Below are positions 8,502-19,939 of a stretch of DNA of 64,000 bases, one piece after another. The notes beneath the pieces were generated by a model, which searched no databases, was not told the DNA's origin, and worked only from the letters and a program-made list of their open reading frames with translations. Each line of letters starts with the position of its first letter. Position 1 is the stretch's first letter. The position numbers and the translations under genes were made by a program. The DNA comes from Nitrospirota bacterium (GTDB lineage Bacteria; Nitrospirota; Thermodesulfovibrionia; Thermodesulfovibrionales; JdFR-86), in the NCBI GenBank assembly GCA_963721805.1, contig CAVRJY010000001.1, positions 1,056,001 to 1,120,000 of the forward strand, written 5' to 3'.

Positions 8502-9563
8502 ATGAACGATCATATCAGCCGGAGGGATTTCTTCAGGACCGCTGCCGCGGGGGCTATCGGACTGGGCCTCGGCGGCCCGCTCGCAGGCGGGGTCAAAAAT
8601 TATGCAGATGCCGCTTTGGAGGACGACAAGCACTCGCTCCTTATGAAGGGATCGGTGAACTTCATGGGGTTCGTGGCCAAGGAGATCACGCCCAATGACG
8701 AGTTTTACATCACGACCTACTCTGACGACGTCCCTTCGATCGACCCCAGGAGGTTCACGCTCAGCGTCGATGGGCTCGTCGACCGGCCATATGTCCTGAG
8801 CCTCGCGGAGCTCGAGGCCATGAAGGACCGCTCGGAGTTCGTGACGCTTCAGTGCATAGGCAACCCCATCGGGGGCGACGCGATAAGCAACGCGCTGTGG
8901 GACGGCGTGTCGCTCAAAAAGATCATCGAGCGAGCCGGGCCGCGCGCGGGGCTCGTGAAGACCGCGTTTCACGCCGGGGACGGGTATACCGACAGCATTC
9001 CCTACGACCTCTCGATGAGCGAAGAGGTGTTTTTGGCCTTCGCGATGAACGGCAAGCCCCTGCCGCCCGTGCACGGCTATCCTCTAAGGGTGATAGTGCC
9101 GGGCATCTACGGAATGAAGAACGTGAAATGGCTCTCGAGGATCGAGCTGGTCAACTACGACTTCCAGGGCTACTGGGAGAAGCGCGGCTGGTCGGACAAC
9201 GCCGAGATACCGCTCAGGTCCCAGATCCTGATGCCTATGGAGGGCAAGGCCGTCCCGATGGGCGAGTATACGGTCGGAGGGGTCGCGTTCGGCGGCAGGC
9301 ACGGCGTCAGCCGGGTGCAGGTCTCGACCGACGGCATGAAGACGTGGGGGGAGGCCTCGGTAAAGCCTCCGCTTTCCAAGTGGGCATGGTCGCTCTGGAG
9401 CTATAAATGGAGGCCATCGCGCACCGGCAAACATAAGCTCACGGTGCGCGCCTTCGACCGCTCCGGCAACGTCCAGGAATCGAAACCCCTGCTGGAAGAG
9501 TTTTTGAGGACTTTCCCTGCCGGGGCCAAGGGCCTGCACTCGGTCGAGGTCAGGGTCGCCTGA
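8502..9563 (+). CDS. Tat-exported sulfite-oxidase-family molybdopterin oxidoreductase
   Basis: SRRDFF Tat motif, TLQCIGN Mo-binding Cys, HGYPLRVIVPGIYGMKNVKWL. Confidence 0.9.
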   Translation: MNDHISRRDFFRTAAAGAIGLGLGGPLAGGVKNYADAALEDDKHSLLMKGSVNFMGFVAKEITPNDEFYITTYSDDVPSIDPRRFTLSVDGLVDRPYVLSLAELEAMKDRSEFVTLQCIGNPIGGDAISNALWDGVSLKKIIERAGPRAGLVKTAFHAGDGYTDSIPYDLSMSEEVFLAFAMNGKPLPPVHGYPLRVIVPGIYGMKNVKWLSRIELVNYDFQGYWEKRGWSDNAEIPLRSQILMPMEGKAVPMGEYTVGGVAFGGRHGVSRVQVSTDGMKTWGEASVKPPLSKWAWSLWSYKWRPSRTGKHKLTVRAFDRSGNVQESKPLLEEFLRTFPAGAKGLHSVEVRVA

Positions 9564-9601
9564 ATTGGTGAGCCCATCCGGTGCAGAGCCCAGCCCTTGA
9601 T

Positions 9602-10309
9602 ATGACGCCCACGGATGGCCGCCTGGCAAGGAAGGCCGCGGTCGCGGCCGCCATGGCGCTGCTCGTTATCGCATTTCTGGCGTTCGGGCTTGGCCGGTAT
9701 TTCTCGCTGGATTACCTGAAGGCATCCCTGGCCGGATTTAACGAACTGTATGCGGGGCACAGGATTGCGGTCATTGCCGCGTACATGGCGGTGTATATCG
9801 TGATGGCCGCGCTCTCGCTTCCGGGGGCCGCGATAATGACCATCGCGGCAGGGGCGATGTTCGGGCTCGCAGCCGGTACGATAGCGGTCTCTTTCGCGAG
9901 CTCGATAGGGGCCACTCTTGCGTGTGCGGCATCGAGGTTCGTGCTCCGCGACTGGGTGCAGCGGAGGTTCTCCGGCAGGCTTATGGAGGTCAACGCCGGG
10001 ATCGCCAGGGAGGGCAATTTCTACCTCTTCAGCCTGAGGCTCATACCGGTATTCCCGTTTTGGCTCATCAACCTCGTGATGGGGCTGACGCCTATGCCGC
10101 TTGGGAGCTTCTATTGGGTCTCGCAGGCCGGGATGCTCGCCGGGACTATCGTATACGTTAACGCGGGCCGCCAGCTGGCCTCGCTTAATTCGTTATCCGG
10201 AATCCTTTCGCCGGGGCTGATAGCCTCATTCGTCCTGATAGGGGTATTCCCGATAGCCGCAAAGAGGCTTCTTGGCTGGTACAGGTCGCATTGGAGGACA
10301 GATGGCTGA
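9602..10309 (+). CDS. TVP38/TMEM64 (VTT/DedA) membrane protein
   Basis: ALSLPGAAIMTIAAGAMFG and LRLIPVFPFWLIN. Confidence 0.9.
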   Translation: MTPTDGRLARKAAVAAAMALLVIAFLAFGLGRYFSLDYLKASLAGFNELYAGHRIAVIAAYMAVYIVMAALSLPGAAIMTIAAGAMFGLAAGTIAVSFASSIGATLACAASRFVLRDWVQRRFSGRLMEVNAGIAREGNFYLFSLRLIPVFPFWLINLVMGLTPMPLGSFYWVSQAGMLAGTIVYVNAGRQLASLNSLSGILSPGLIASFVLIGVFPIAAKRLLGWYRSHWRTDG

Positions 10310-11753
10310 TTATGATTTCGATATAGGGATCATCGGCGGGGGCGCGGCCGGGCTGACCGTGGCCTCGGGCGCGGCCAGATTCGGCGCGAAGGCCCTGCTT
10401 ATAGAGAAAGAGCCCGCCTTGGGCGGCGACTGCCTGCACTACGGATGCGTGCCGAGCAAGACTCTGATCAAGACAGCACACGTCCGCCACCTGATGGCAG
10501 AGGCAGCGAGGTTCGGGCTTCCCGCACCTGAGCTGCGGCCCGTTGAGTTTAAATCCGTCGCCGAGAGGATACGCTCTGTCATCGGAAGGATTCAGGAATA
10601 CGACAGCGTCGAGCGGTTCTGCGCGCTCGGGGCGAGGGTCGAGTTCGGCGACGCCTCTTTCGTGGACGAGCACTCGGTATCGCTTGGCGGAGATCGTTAC
10701 TCGGCCCGAAACTGGGTGATCGCCACGGGTTCATCGCCCGCGGTGCCGCCTATCGAGGGCATCGACCGGACTCCATATATAACTAACCGCGAGCTGTTCT
10801 CGCTGGAATCTCTGCCTACCTCTATGATCGCAATCGGGGGAGGGCCGGTCTCGATAGAGATGGCACAGGCGTTCAGCAGGCTCGGCACGAAGGTCACGGT
10901 CGTCGAGCTCGGCAGCCAGATCCTCGGCGCGGAGGACAGGGACATGGCCGACGAGGTCATGGCCACGCTCGAGGCCGAGGGCGTTACGTTTCACCTCGGA
11001 GCGGCCGCGCTTAAGATGGAAGACCTCGGGTACGAGCGCGAGCTACAGATCAAGGCCGCCTCGGGCGAGACCGTCAGCCTGAGGGCCGAGACTATACTGG
11101 TGGCGGCCGGCAGGCGGCACAACCTCGCGGGCCTGGGGCTTGAGGGGATATCGCTGGAAATGGATAAGCGAGGTCTCAAGCTCGACAGCCGCCTGAGGAC
11201 CAGCCACAGGCACATTTATGGCGCGGGGGACGCGACCGGCGCGTACATGTTCACGCACGCGGCCGGGTACGAGGGCGGCATAGTGCTTGCAAACGCGGTC
11301 CTGCACCTGCCGCGCAGGGCCGACTATACCTACCTTCCGTGGTGCACGTATACCGACCCGGAACTCGCGAGCATCGGGATGAACGAGAAGCGCGCGAAGG
11401 CCGCTGGCATCGGCTACACGGTATGGACCGAGCGGTTCAGGGACAACGACCGCGCGCTTGCAGAGGGCGAGGATTCAGGGAAGATCAAGCTGCTCGTGGG
11501 TGATATGGACCGGCCGATAGGCATACAGATCCTGGGCCCGAGGGCCGGAGAGCTCATCGGCCAGTGGGTAACGGTGATGAACGCCAGGACGAGGCTCTCG
11601 AGCGTGGCTTCGAGCGTGAGCCCGTATCCGACGCTCGGGGAGATCAACAAGAGGGTGGCAGGGACGTTTTTGAGCGAGAAGGTATTTTCCGACAAGGTCA
11701 GGGGGGCGCTCAAGTTTTTCTTCGGCCTGAAGGGCAGGGCCTGCGGGCGATAA
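10302..11753 (+). CDS. Pyridine nucleotide-disulfide oxidoreductase (dihydrolipoyl dehydrogenase/MerA-like family)
   Basis: GGGAAG FAD motif and the GGDCLHYGCVPSK redox disulfide; no MerA C-terminal Cys-Cys. Confidence 0.9.
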   Translation: MADYDFDIGIIGGGAAGLTVASGAARFGAKALLIEKEPALGGDCLHYGCVPSKTLIKTAHVRHLMAEAARFGLPAPELRPVEFKSVAERIRSVIGRIQEYDSVERFCALGARVEFGDASFVDEHSVSLGGDRYSARNWVIATGSSPAVPPIEGIDRTPYITNRELFSLESLPTSMIAIGGGPVSIEMAQAFSRLGTKVTVVELGSQILGAEDRDMADEVMATLEAEGVTFHLGAAALKMEDLGYERELQIKAASGETVSLRAETILVAAGRRHNLAGLGLEGISLEMDKRGLKLDSRLRTSHRHIYGAGDATGAYMFTHAAGYEGGIVLANAVLHLPRRADYTYLPWCTYTDPELASIGMNEKRAKAAGIGYTVWTERFRDNDRALAEGEDSGKIKLLVGDMDRPIGIQILGPRAGELIGQWVTVMNARTRLSSVASSVSPYPTLGEINKRVAGTFLSEKVFSDKVRGALKFFFGLKGRACGR

Positions 11754-11754
11754 C

Positions 11755-12735
11755 ATGGAGTTTCAGCGAAGGATAGAGGACGAGCTCGGAGGGCCGCTTC
11801 GGGCAGGCGCGGTCGAGGTCATGCAAGTCAACCTCGGCTACCGCTGTAACATGTCATGCAGCCACTGCCATCTCAATGCAGGCCCGGCAAGCCAGAATGC
11901 GATGGACAGCGCGACGGCCGACGCGGTGCTCGATGCCCTCATCGCATCCAGCGCTGCATGCCTTGACGTCACGGGAGGCGCGCCGGAGCTGAACCCGGTA
12001 TTCAGGCGGATGGTCGCGAGCGCCAGGGCCGCCGGAAGGCACGTGATCGCCCGGAGCAACCTGACCGTGTTTTTCGAGGACGGGCAGCAAGACCTGCCGG
12101 AGTTCTATGCAAGCCATTCGGTGGAGGTCATCGCCTCGCTGCCGGCCTATACCGCGGGCGAACTCGACCGCGTGAGGGGCAGGGGGACGTTTGAAAAGAG
12201 CATCCTTGCGCTTAAGAGATTAAACGCGCTGGGCTACGGGGATGAAGGATCAGGCTTGGCCCTCAACCTCGTGCATAACCCGCCTGGCAATATGCTGGCC
12301 GCAAGGCAGGAGGCGCTCGAGGCCGATTACAGGGCCGAGCTCGGGCGCAGGCATGGGATCAGGTTTAACAGCCTCTACGCGTTTTCGAACTCGCCGATAG
12401 GCAGGTTCAAAGAGCAGCTCGTCCGCTCGGGGCAGCTCGAAGATTACATGGGAATGATCGAGGGCGCATTCAACCCCTCGAACGTCGACGGCCTGATGTG
12501 CAAGCGGATGATAAGCGTCGCGCCGGACGGCGGGCTATATGACTGCGACTTCAACCAGGCGCTCGGGCTCGGGCTCGACGGGGCCGCATCGGTCCGGGAC
12601 GTCAAGGCGGACGGGCTCTCAGGCAGGCGGATAAACGTTGGCGAGCACTGCTATGCCTGCACGGCGGGGCAGGGCTCTACCTGAATTGGCGCGATGTCAC
12701 CCCGGCCGGTCGGCCTGGGAACGGGAAGGAGATAG
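11755..12735 (+). CDS. ArsS-like radical SAM/Cys-rich protein, probable selenoprotein (UGA at 12682-12684; the ORF track stops there)
   Basis: CNMSCSHCH cluster motif, YDCDFNQ, and HCYACTAGQGST-UGA-IGA followed by a hairpin. Confidence 0.8.
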
Positions 12736-12738
12736 GGA

Positions 12739-13758
12739 ATGGATCAGAAATCATCCGAGGAGGCGCGGCTGGAGATCGCGACGTTCGCGGGCGGCTGCTT
12801 TTGGTGCATCGTCTCGCCGTTTGAGGTCTTGGACGGCGTCAAGGATGTCCTGGCCGGGTATACCGGCGGGCAGACGGACAACTCGGGCTACGAGGAGGTC
12901 TCATCCGGCACGACCGGACACTTCGAGGCCGTGCAGGTCAGTTTTGATCCCTCGGTGGTATCTTATGGCAAGCTGCTCGATACCTTCTGGCGCCAGATTG
13001 ACCCGACCGACCCTGACGGCCAGTTCGCCGACCGCGGGACGCAGTACCGCACCGCGATCTTTTATCACTCGCCCGAACAAAAGGCCCTGGCCGAGAAATC
13101 CAGGGCCGAGCTTGAGGCCTCGGGCAGGTTCAAAAATCCTGTGGTCACCGAGATACTGCCAGCCGCGAAGTTCTATCCTGCCGAGGACCGCCATCAGGAC
13201 TACCACAAGCGCCACTCGCTCAGGTACAAATACTACCGGATGCATTCAGGGCGCGACGGGTATCTCAGGCAGGTCTGGGGCGGCGAGCCGCAGAGGACGC
13301 GGCCGCTGAGGAAGTGGATGCTCGAGGACAGGCCCTCAAAAGAGGAACTCAGAGGGCGGCTCACGGAGCTGCAATACAAGGTCACGCAGGGGCACGACAC
13401 CGAGCCGGCGTTTGATAACGAATACGCGGATAACAAGCGCGAGGGCATATACGTCGACATCGTCTCGGGGGAGCCACTGTTCAGCTCGCTGGACAAGTAC
13501 GACTCCGGCACCGGCTGGCCGAGCTTCACAGAGCCCCTGGAGCCTGAGAACATCGTCCTGCGCGATGATTCGGCATTCTTTACTGACCGTACGGAGGTGA
13601 GCAGCAAATATGCGGGCTCGCACCTGGGCCACGTATTCGACGACGGCCCCCCTCCCATCAGATACAGGTTCTGCATGAACTCGGCCGCGATGAGGTTCAT
13701 CCCCAAGGAGGACCTCGAAAAGGAAGGCTACGGGGAGTATCTGGCGCTCTTCCGGTAA
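12739..13758 (+). CDS. msrAB: Bifunctional methionine sulfoxide reductase MsrA/MsrB
   Basis: FAGGCFWC (MsrA); GTGWPSF, HLGHVF and RFCMNS (MsrB). Confidence 0.95.
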   Translation: MDQKSSEEARLEIATFAGGCFWCIVSPFEVLDGVKDVLAGYTGGQTDNSGYEEVSSGTTGHFEAVQVSFDPSVVSYGKLLDTFWRQIDPTDPDGQFADRGTQYRTAIFYHSPEQKALAEKSRAELEASGRFKNPVVTEILPAAKFYPAEDRHQDYHKRHSLRYKYYRMHSGRDGYLRQVWGGEPQRTRPLRKWMLEDRPSKEELRGRLTELQYKVTQGHDTEPAFDNEYADNKREGIYVDIVSGEPLFSSLDKYDSGTGWPSFTEPLEPENIVLRDDSAFFTDRTEVSSKYAGSHLGHVFDDGPPPIRYRFCMNSAAMRFIPKEDLEKEGYGEYLALFR

Positions 13759-13764
13759 GGGCGC

Positions 13765-14364
13765 TCAGGCCTTGCGGATGAGCCTGAGGTAATCCTCGTA
13801 AGTATCGAGGTCAGAGAGCGTATCGACCGTGGCGTGGCTCAGGCCTGCCCGCACGATCAATCCGATCGTCTCGCTGCATACAGTGGGCGCGCCCCACTCG
13901 ATGCCCTGAAATATCTCAGGGTGCGGCGCGGTCATGCCTATGAGGTAATACCCCCCGTCGGACGCCGGGCCCAGGACTACATCCGAATTCCCAAGCGCGA
14001 CGAACGCGCGCATGATCACCTCGCGGCCGAGCCCCGGGATGTCCGCGCCGGTAATTATCGCCTTGGCGGCCCCCGAACTTAACAGCGCCGCAAGCGCGTT
14101 AGACATGATCTCTCCGAGCCCGCAGCCTGTTTGAGGCAATAGTTCCTCACCCGGAAGCCACCCGCTGAACTCACCCAGCTTCCCGGCTGGCGAGTAAAAC
14201 ACGCGCCTTTCGTAGCCCGCGTTTTGAGGGCTGGTATTAAGCATCACCCTTTCGGCCACTTCGCGGTATGCGTCCGCGGCCTCGGCCTCGCCAATTGCGT
14301 TAGCGAGGCGCGTCTTGACCGCTCCGGGCTCGGGGAACTTCATCATTATCCCGTAGAGGTTCAA
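13765..14364 (-). CDS. rSAM/selenodomain-associated transferase 1 (DUF2064/TIGR04282-like)
   Basis: KFPEPGAVKTRL, GADIP, VLGPASDGGYYLIG, DLDT. The TTG start overlaps the upstream stop. Confidence 0.85.
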   Translation of the reverse strand: MNLYGIMMKFPEPGAVKTRLANAIGEAEAADAYREVAERVMLNTSPQNAGYERRVFYSPAGKLGEFSGWLPGEELLPQTGCGLGEIMSNALAALLSSGAAKAIITGADIPGLGREVIMRAFVALGNSDVVLGPASDGGYYLIGMTAPHPEIFQGIEWGAPTVCSETIGLIVRAGLSHATVDTLSDLDTYEDYLRLIRKA

Positions 14365-15035
14365 CTGTAATATTTCCCTGCCAGCCATGCGGGGCTCACC
14401 CCCAGGCGGTATAGCAGCATCGTCATCTGGTTTTGGAGCACCGTGCCGAGGAATCCCCTCTTGGCCCACCTGCGTTCGGACGTGCAGGCCTCGGTCCTCA
14501 GAATGACGAGCCTTCCGGCCTTCTTCATGCGCCCTGCCAGCTCCACGTCTTCCATCAGGGGAATGTCGCTGTAGCCGCCGATTTCTTCAAACGTATTCCG
14601 CCTGATGAAGATACCCTGATCCCCGTAAGGCAGCCTGAATGCGGAGCACCTGAACCTGACCCAGCCCTCGACGAGCCTGTATCTGAACGCGGGATCGCCG
14701 ACCCTCAGGCTGAAGGCCCCGCCCGCCACCGAGCGGTCAGCGAGCGCCGAGGTAATGGCCCCTGCCCATCCGTCCGCGAGCACGGTATCGGCGTGCAGGA
14801 ACAGCAGGGCGCCGCCCATACCGCGCGAAGCGCCTGCGTTCATCTGGTGGCCCCGCCCGCGTCCGGCGTTTATCACTGTCACCTTGGGCAACCCGGCCGC
14901 GATGCGGACCGTTGCGTCCGTGCTCCCGCCGTCAGCGACGATTATATCGGCGACTTCCGGCACCCCGGCCAGCGGCCTGATGCACCGCTCTATATGGCCT
15001 TGCTCGTTCAATGCCGGGATTATCACGGATATCAT
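14361..15035 (-). CDS. rSAM/selenodomain-associated GT2 glycosyltransferase (TIGR04283-like)
   Basis: ISVIIPALNE, LLFLHADT, LPYGDQGIF, PLMED, TSERRW. Confidence 0.9.
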   Translation of the reverse strand: MISVIIPALNEQGHIERCIRPLAGVPEVADIIVADGGSTDATVRIAAGLPKVTVINAGRGRGHQMNAGASRGMGGALLFLHADTVLADGWAGAITSALADRSVAGGAFSLRVGDPAFRYRLVEGWVRFRCSAFRLPYGDQGIFIRRNTFEEIGGYSDIPLMEDVELAGRMKKAGRLVILRTEACTSERRWAKRGFLGTVLQNQMTMLLYRLGVSPAWLAGKYYS

Positions 15036-15218
15036 GCACATATTTTACACCTCAACCCCCGTTCCCGGCCCCCGGAATGCACAGATCTTTTTTCTTGACA
15101 GAGTCCGGATGCCTCAGATACTCTTACTCTAATGCTATTTCTATTTCCGGCGCGGGCGGGGACGACCTTATCGTATTTAGGGGATGCAGTAAATAAACAT
15201 TCGCGAGGAAGGGATCCG

Positions 15219-15590
15219 ATGAAATATATACTTGTGGTCTTGCTGGGCTTTATCCTGTGCCTGGCCGGGTGCGCCTCGGAGCATAAGGCAAGCGGCTCGG
15301 GGAGTAGCTCCGCCTCATATGGGCTGCTCTATGAGGCTGCCAAGCAGTCCGCGCCCGAGAACAACTTTAAAATCACTTCTGCCGACCTGGCCACCGGGCA
15401 TATCAGCGCCGAGCACGGCTCGGGAAAGGGCTGGGAGCTTCTGGACATCACAGTCTTAAAGGGCAGCCCTAACACGGTCAAGTTATACGTCGAGGCCGCG
15501 CCCGGCACAAAGGGCAAGGCCAGGGCCGCCCTGCAGGATATCATCAAGTCGATAAAATCCCGAGTGTTGGACTTTAAGCTGGCAAAATAG
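15219..15590 (+). CDS. Hypothetical lipoprotein
   Basis: Signal peptide with lipobox LAGC. Confidence 0.7.
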   Translation: MKYILVVLLGFILCLAGCASEHKASGSGSSSASYGLLYEAAKQSAPENNFKITSADLATGHISAEHGSGKGWELLDITVLKGSPNTVKLYVEAAPGTKGKARAALQDIIKSIKSRVLDFKLAK

Positions 15591-15602
15591 TATATCTGCC
15601 GG

Positions 15603-18600
15603 TCAGTCGTACTCTGGCGGGGCAGGCGGGACCGAGCCGCCGCCGTTAGCGTTATTGCGGCTGTACATGACGTAATACAGCACCGGCACCGCGACGAGCG
15701 TAAGGCCGGTCGCGGCCACCGCCCCGAACATCATCGAGATCGCGAGGCCCTGGAATATCGGGTCGAAGATCATCACGAACGAGCCCACGACCACCGCGGC
15801 GGCCGTAAGCACTATCGGCCTGAGCCTCACCGAGCCCGCGGTTATTACGGCCTCGGCCACCGGGGTGCCGCGCTCCAGCTCCATCTCGATGAAGTCCACC
15901 AGCAGGATCGAGTTTCGCACTATGATGCCCGCAAGGGCGATGAACCCGATCATCGAGGTCGCGGTGAAGAACGCCCCGAATATCCAGTGGCCGGGCAGTA
16001 TGCCCACGAGCGTAAGCGGTATCGGCGACATGATCACCAGCGGCGTCAGGAAGTTCCTGAACCACGCCAGCACCAGTATGTAGATCAGCACCAGCACCGC
16101 AGCAAACGCGATGCCCAGGTCGCGGAAGACCTCGTACGTTATCTGCCACTCGCCGTCCCATTTCATCGAATAGCGGTCGGCGAGCCACGGCTGCTCCGAC
16201 GAGTACTGCTTAAGCGGATAGCCCTCGGGCAGCTTCATCTCCTTGATGCGGTCGCTCATCTTCATGATCGCGTACAGCGGGCTTTCCTCGGTGCCGGCGA
16301 CGTCGCCGGTGACGTAGGTCACGCGGCGGAGGTTCTTGTGGTATATGGCCTTGTCCACGATGTCCTGCCGAGTGGTTATAAGGGATGCCAGCGGCACGAG
16401 CGCCCCCGAGGCCGACCGCACCTTCATGGCCGTAAGCGCGGCGGCGGACGTGCGCTCGGCCTGCGGCATGCGGAGGAATATGTCCACCGGCTCCTCGTCG
16501 CGCGCGACGTGCATCAGCCCGGCGTCAGCGCCCGAGAGCGCGACTTGCAGCGCGCTTGCGGCGTCTTGGACGCTCACGCCGCTTAAGGCGGCCTTCTCGG
16601 CGTCCACGTGCATATCGAGCCTCGGCCTGTCCGCCTCATGCATCCAGTCCGTATCGACCACGCCGTCCGTCGTCTCGAAGATCTTTTTTATGTCGCGCGC
16701 GATCTCGACCTGCCGCGAGGTCTCGGGGCCGTAGACCTCGGCCACGAGAGTCGATTGCACGGGGGGGCCGGGGGGGATCTCAGCGACCTTCACGACGCGC
16801 GCCGTAGCGGTCCGCGAGCGCCTTCAGCGCAGGGCGCACGCGCTTCGCTATCTCGTGGCTCTGGGCCTTGCGCTCGTCCTTCGGTGCGAGGTTCACCTGT
16901 ATGTCAGCGGACTCCGGCCCGCGCCTGAGGAAGTAGTGGCGCACCAGGCCGTTGAAGTTATATGGGGCGGAAGTCCCGACGTATAGCTGGGTGTTTCGGA
17001 CCTCCGGCACCGAGCGCAGGTAGGCCGACATCTCCTTGCCGAGCGCGGCGCTCTGCTGGAGCGTGCTGCCCTCAGGCATGTCGATTATGACCTGAAACTC
17101 GCTCTTGTTGTCGAAGGGCAGCATCTTGACCGTGACCGCCTTAAGCGGCAGCAGCATGACCGCGAGCCCCAGCAGCACCGTGATTATCCCGAGCGCGACG
17201 TACCGCCTGCGGGGGCTCTGTATCAGCGTCCGCATGATGCGCTCGTACCTCGGGTGGTGCTCGAGGTTGTCATGGGACTGTCCGCCCTCGCCGGGGCCCT
17301 TAGTGCGCTTAAGCACGATGTACCCAAGCCAGGGGCTTACGATGAACGCCACGGCGAGCGAAAACAGCATCGCGGCCGACGCGCCCACCGGGATCGGCTT
17401 CATGTACGGCCCCATCAGGCCGCGCACGAACGCCATCGGCAGCAGCGCGGCGATGACCGTGAAGGTCGCGAGTATCGTGGGGTTGCCGACCTCGTCCACG
17501 GCGAGTATGGCCGTGAGCGTGTTGGCCCCCTTCATCTTGAAGTGGCGGTGGATGTTTTCGACCACCACGATGGCGTCGTCCACCAGGATGCCTATCGAGA
17601 ATATCAGCGCGAATAGCGTCACGCGGTTCAGGGTATAGCCGACGAGGTAATTGATCAGCAGCGTCAGGGCGAGCGTCACCGGCACCGCGACCGCCACGAC
17701 GATTGATTCCTTCCAGCCGAGCGTTATCGCGATCAGGATGATTACAGATATCGTTGCAAGGAGCATGTGCTTTAAAAGTTCGTTGGACTTGTCCTTGGCC
17801 GTCTCGCCGTAGTTGCGCGTGACCGTGACCTGCACGTCCCGGGGGATGATCGAGCCCCGCATCGCGTCGACTTTCTTTATCGCGTCCTCGGTCACGAGAG
17901 TGGCGTTCTCGCCCTTTTTCTTCGATACCGCCACCGTCACGGCCTCGTCGACCGCGCTGCTGTTTGAGATATTCATAAATACGTAGCTTGAGGGCTCCTC
18001 GGGGCCGTCCGTGATGTGAGAGACGTCGCCGAGGTACACGGCCCTGCCGGACTGCACGCCCACGACCACGCGGCCCACGTCGTCGGCGTCCTTCAGGAAC
18101 CCTCCCACGTCGACCGTGAAAGTGCGGTTGCCTGACTGCAGGTCTCCGGCCGTGAGCGCGAAATTAGTTTTTTTCAGCGCGCCCATGACCTCCAGCGCCG
18201 TAGTGCCGTAAGCCGCGAGCCTTGCGGGGTCGAGCTCGACTCGCAGCTGGCGGCGCTGGCCTCCCGTAACCGTGATCTCAGAGACCGCGGGGTTTTTCTT
18301 GAGGTGGTCGGCCATCTGCGTGGCCACGCGCCGAAGCTCGTAGCCGTTATAGCCCTTGCCCCAGAGCGTGAGCGCGAGCACCGGGACGTCGTCTATCGAG
18401 CGGGCCTTCACGAGGGGCTGCGAGACGCCGGGCGGGATGATGTCGTAGTTAGCCATGAGCTTGGTGTAGAGCTTCACCATGCTCTGCTCCATGTCCTCGC
18501 CCACGTAAAACCGCACGATAGTCAGGTTCTCGCCCGGACGTGCGATGGAATAGACGTACTCTACGCCCTTGAGCTCCCAAAGCAGGCGCTCCAACGGCTT

Positions 18601-18810
18601 GGTCACGCGGCTTTCGACCTCGGCCGCGCTCGCTCCGGGGTAGCTGACCATCACGTCAACCATCGGCACGACGATCTGCGGCTCCTCCTCGCGCGGGGTG
18701 ACATAAGTGGCGAATATGCCCAGCAGCAGCGAGGCCCCGACGATGACCGGCGTGAGCTTGTTGCGGATGAACGCCTTGGCTATCGTGCCCGATATGCCTG
18801 TGACCGTCAT
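15603..18810 (-). pseudogene. AcrB/CusA-type RND permease split by a +1 frameshift near 16794
   Basis: The 676-aa and 396-aa ORFs join as ...[16 protein letters not shown]... if one base is removed. Confidence 0.8.
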
Positions 18811-19907
18811 CGCCGGGCTTCCATGCGCCCGCCCTCGACCGCGCGCTCCGCGCCTTCGACTATCACGCGGTCGCCGGGATTGATTCCGCTTACGGCCTCG
18901 GTCCCTTCCGGGTACTCGCGTCCGGTTTTGATAAGCCTGTATGAGATGACGCCATCTGCTCCGGCGATGTATACGCCGGTGAGCTGCCCCTTGGTGATGA
19001 TTGCCGAGGCGGGTACGAGGATCGCCTTGCGGGTCCCGGCCTTAAACGAGACCCTCCCGAACATCCCGCCGCGCACGCCGGGGTCAGTGAGCGCGACCTT
19101 CACCCTGAAGGTGCGCGTTGCCGGATCGACGTGCCCGACCGCCTCGGTCACGCGGCCCTCGAGCTCGCGGCCTATGGAATCTATTCGCACGCGGGCCTCG
19201 GTGCCGACGCCAACGGTATTGATGAGCGACTCGTCGAGGTCGGCCTCGATATGATAGCCCCCGCCGCCCTCGACCGTCATAAGAGGCATGCCGGGCGCCG
19301 CCATCGTGCCGGGGTCCACAGAGCGAGAGGTCACGATCCCGTCCATGGGCGATGCGATGCGGCTGAACCCTGCATATACGCTGGCCTCGCTGCGCCCGGC
19401 CTCTGCGCGCGCCACGGCCGCGCGGGCGCGGCTGAGCTCGTTTTCGGCCACGGCGCGAGAGGTTTCGACCGTATCCATCTCCTGCCTGGAGAGGGCCTTG
19501 CCCTCATAGAGCGCCTTATACCGCGTGTATGTCGCATCGGCCAGCTCTTTCTGCTTTGTCGCCGAGGCCAGCGCGGCCTGCGCCTCCGCCGCGCCCTCGG
19601 TGGCCGCTGTGACGCGGTCGCTCAGGTCGCGGCTGTCTATGCTGATGAGCGGCTGGCCGCGCCTGACGCGGTCGCCTTCCATGACGTAAACCACCGTGAC
19701 CGCACCCATCACCCGGCTGGATAGGACGCTAATGTCTTTGGCCCTCACGGAGCCCGCGGCCTCGCGCAGATCATCGACCTCGACCGGAGCGGCCGCCTGT
19801 GCCGTGAGGCCGGTTATCGTAACTGGCGCGGCGCGTTCGGGCTCGTGCTGCCTCTGGCAGGCGGCGAGGGCGGCGATGACCACTATTGCGGCGATAATCT
19901 TGTTCAT
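18807..19907 (-). CDS. RND efflux periplasmic adaptor (MFP)
   Basis: Lipobox [32 protein letters not shown]. Confidence 0.92.
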   Translation of the reverse strand: MNKIIAAIVVIAALAACQRQHEPERAAPVTITGLTAQAAAPVEVDDLREAAGSVRAKDISVLSSRVMGAVTVVYVMEGDRVRRGQPLISIDSRDLSDRVTAATEGAAEAQAALASATKQKELADATYTRYKALYEGKALSRQEMDTVETSRAVAENELSRARAAVARAEAGRSEASVYAGFSRIASPMDGIVTSRSVDPGTMAAPGMPLMTVEGGGGYHIEADLDESLINTVGVGTEARVRIDSIGRELEGRVTEAVGHVDPATRTFRVKVALTDPGVRGGMFGRVSFKAGTRKAILVPASAIITKGQLTGVYIAGADGVISYRLIKTGREYPEGTEAVSGINPGDRVIVEGAERAVEGGRMEARR

Positions 19908-19939
19908 TTATCCTCCGGGTATCTGCTTAACGTATCCAT

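Noticed and set aside
10302..11753. Mercuric reductase merA
   Set aside because: No C-terminal Cys-Cys pair, no NmerA domain, and no mer operon.
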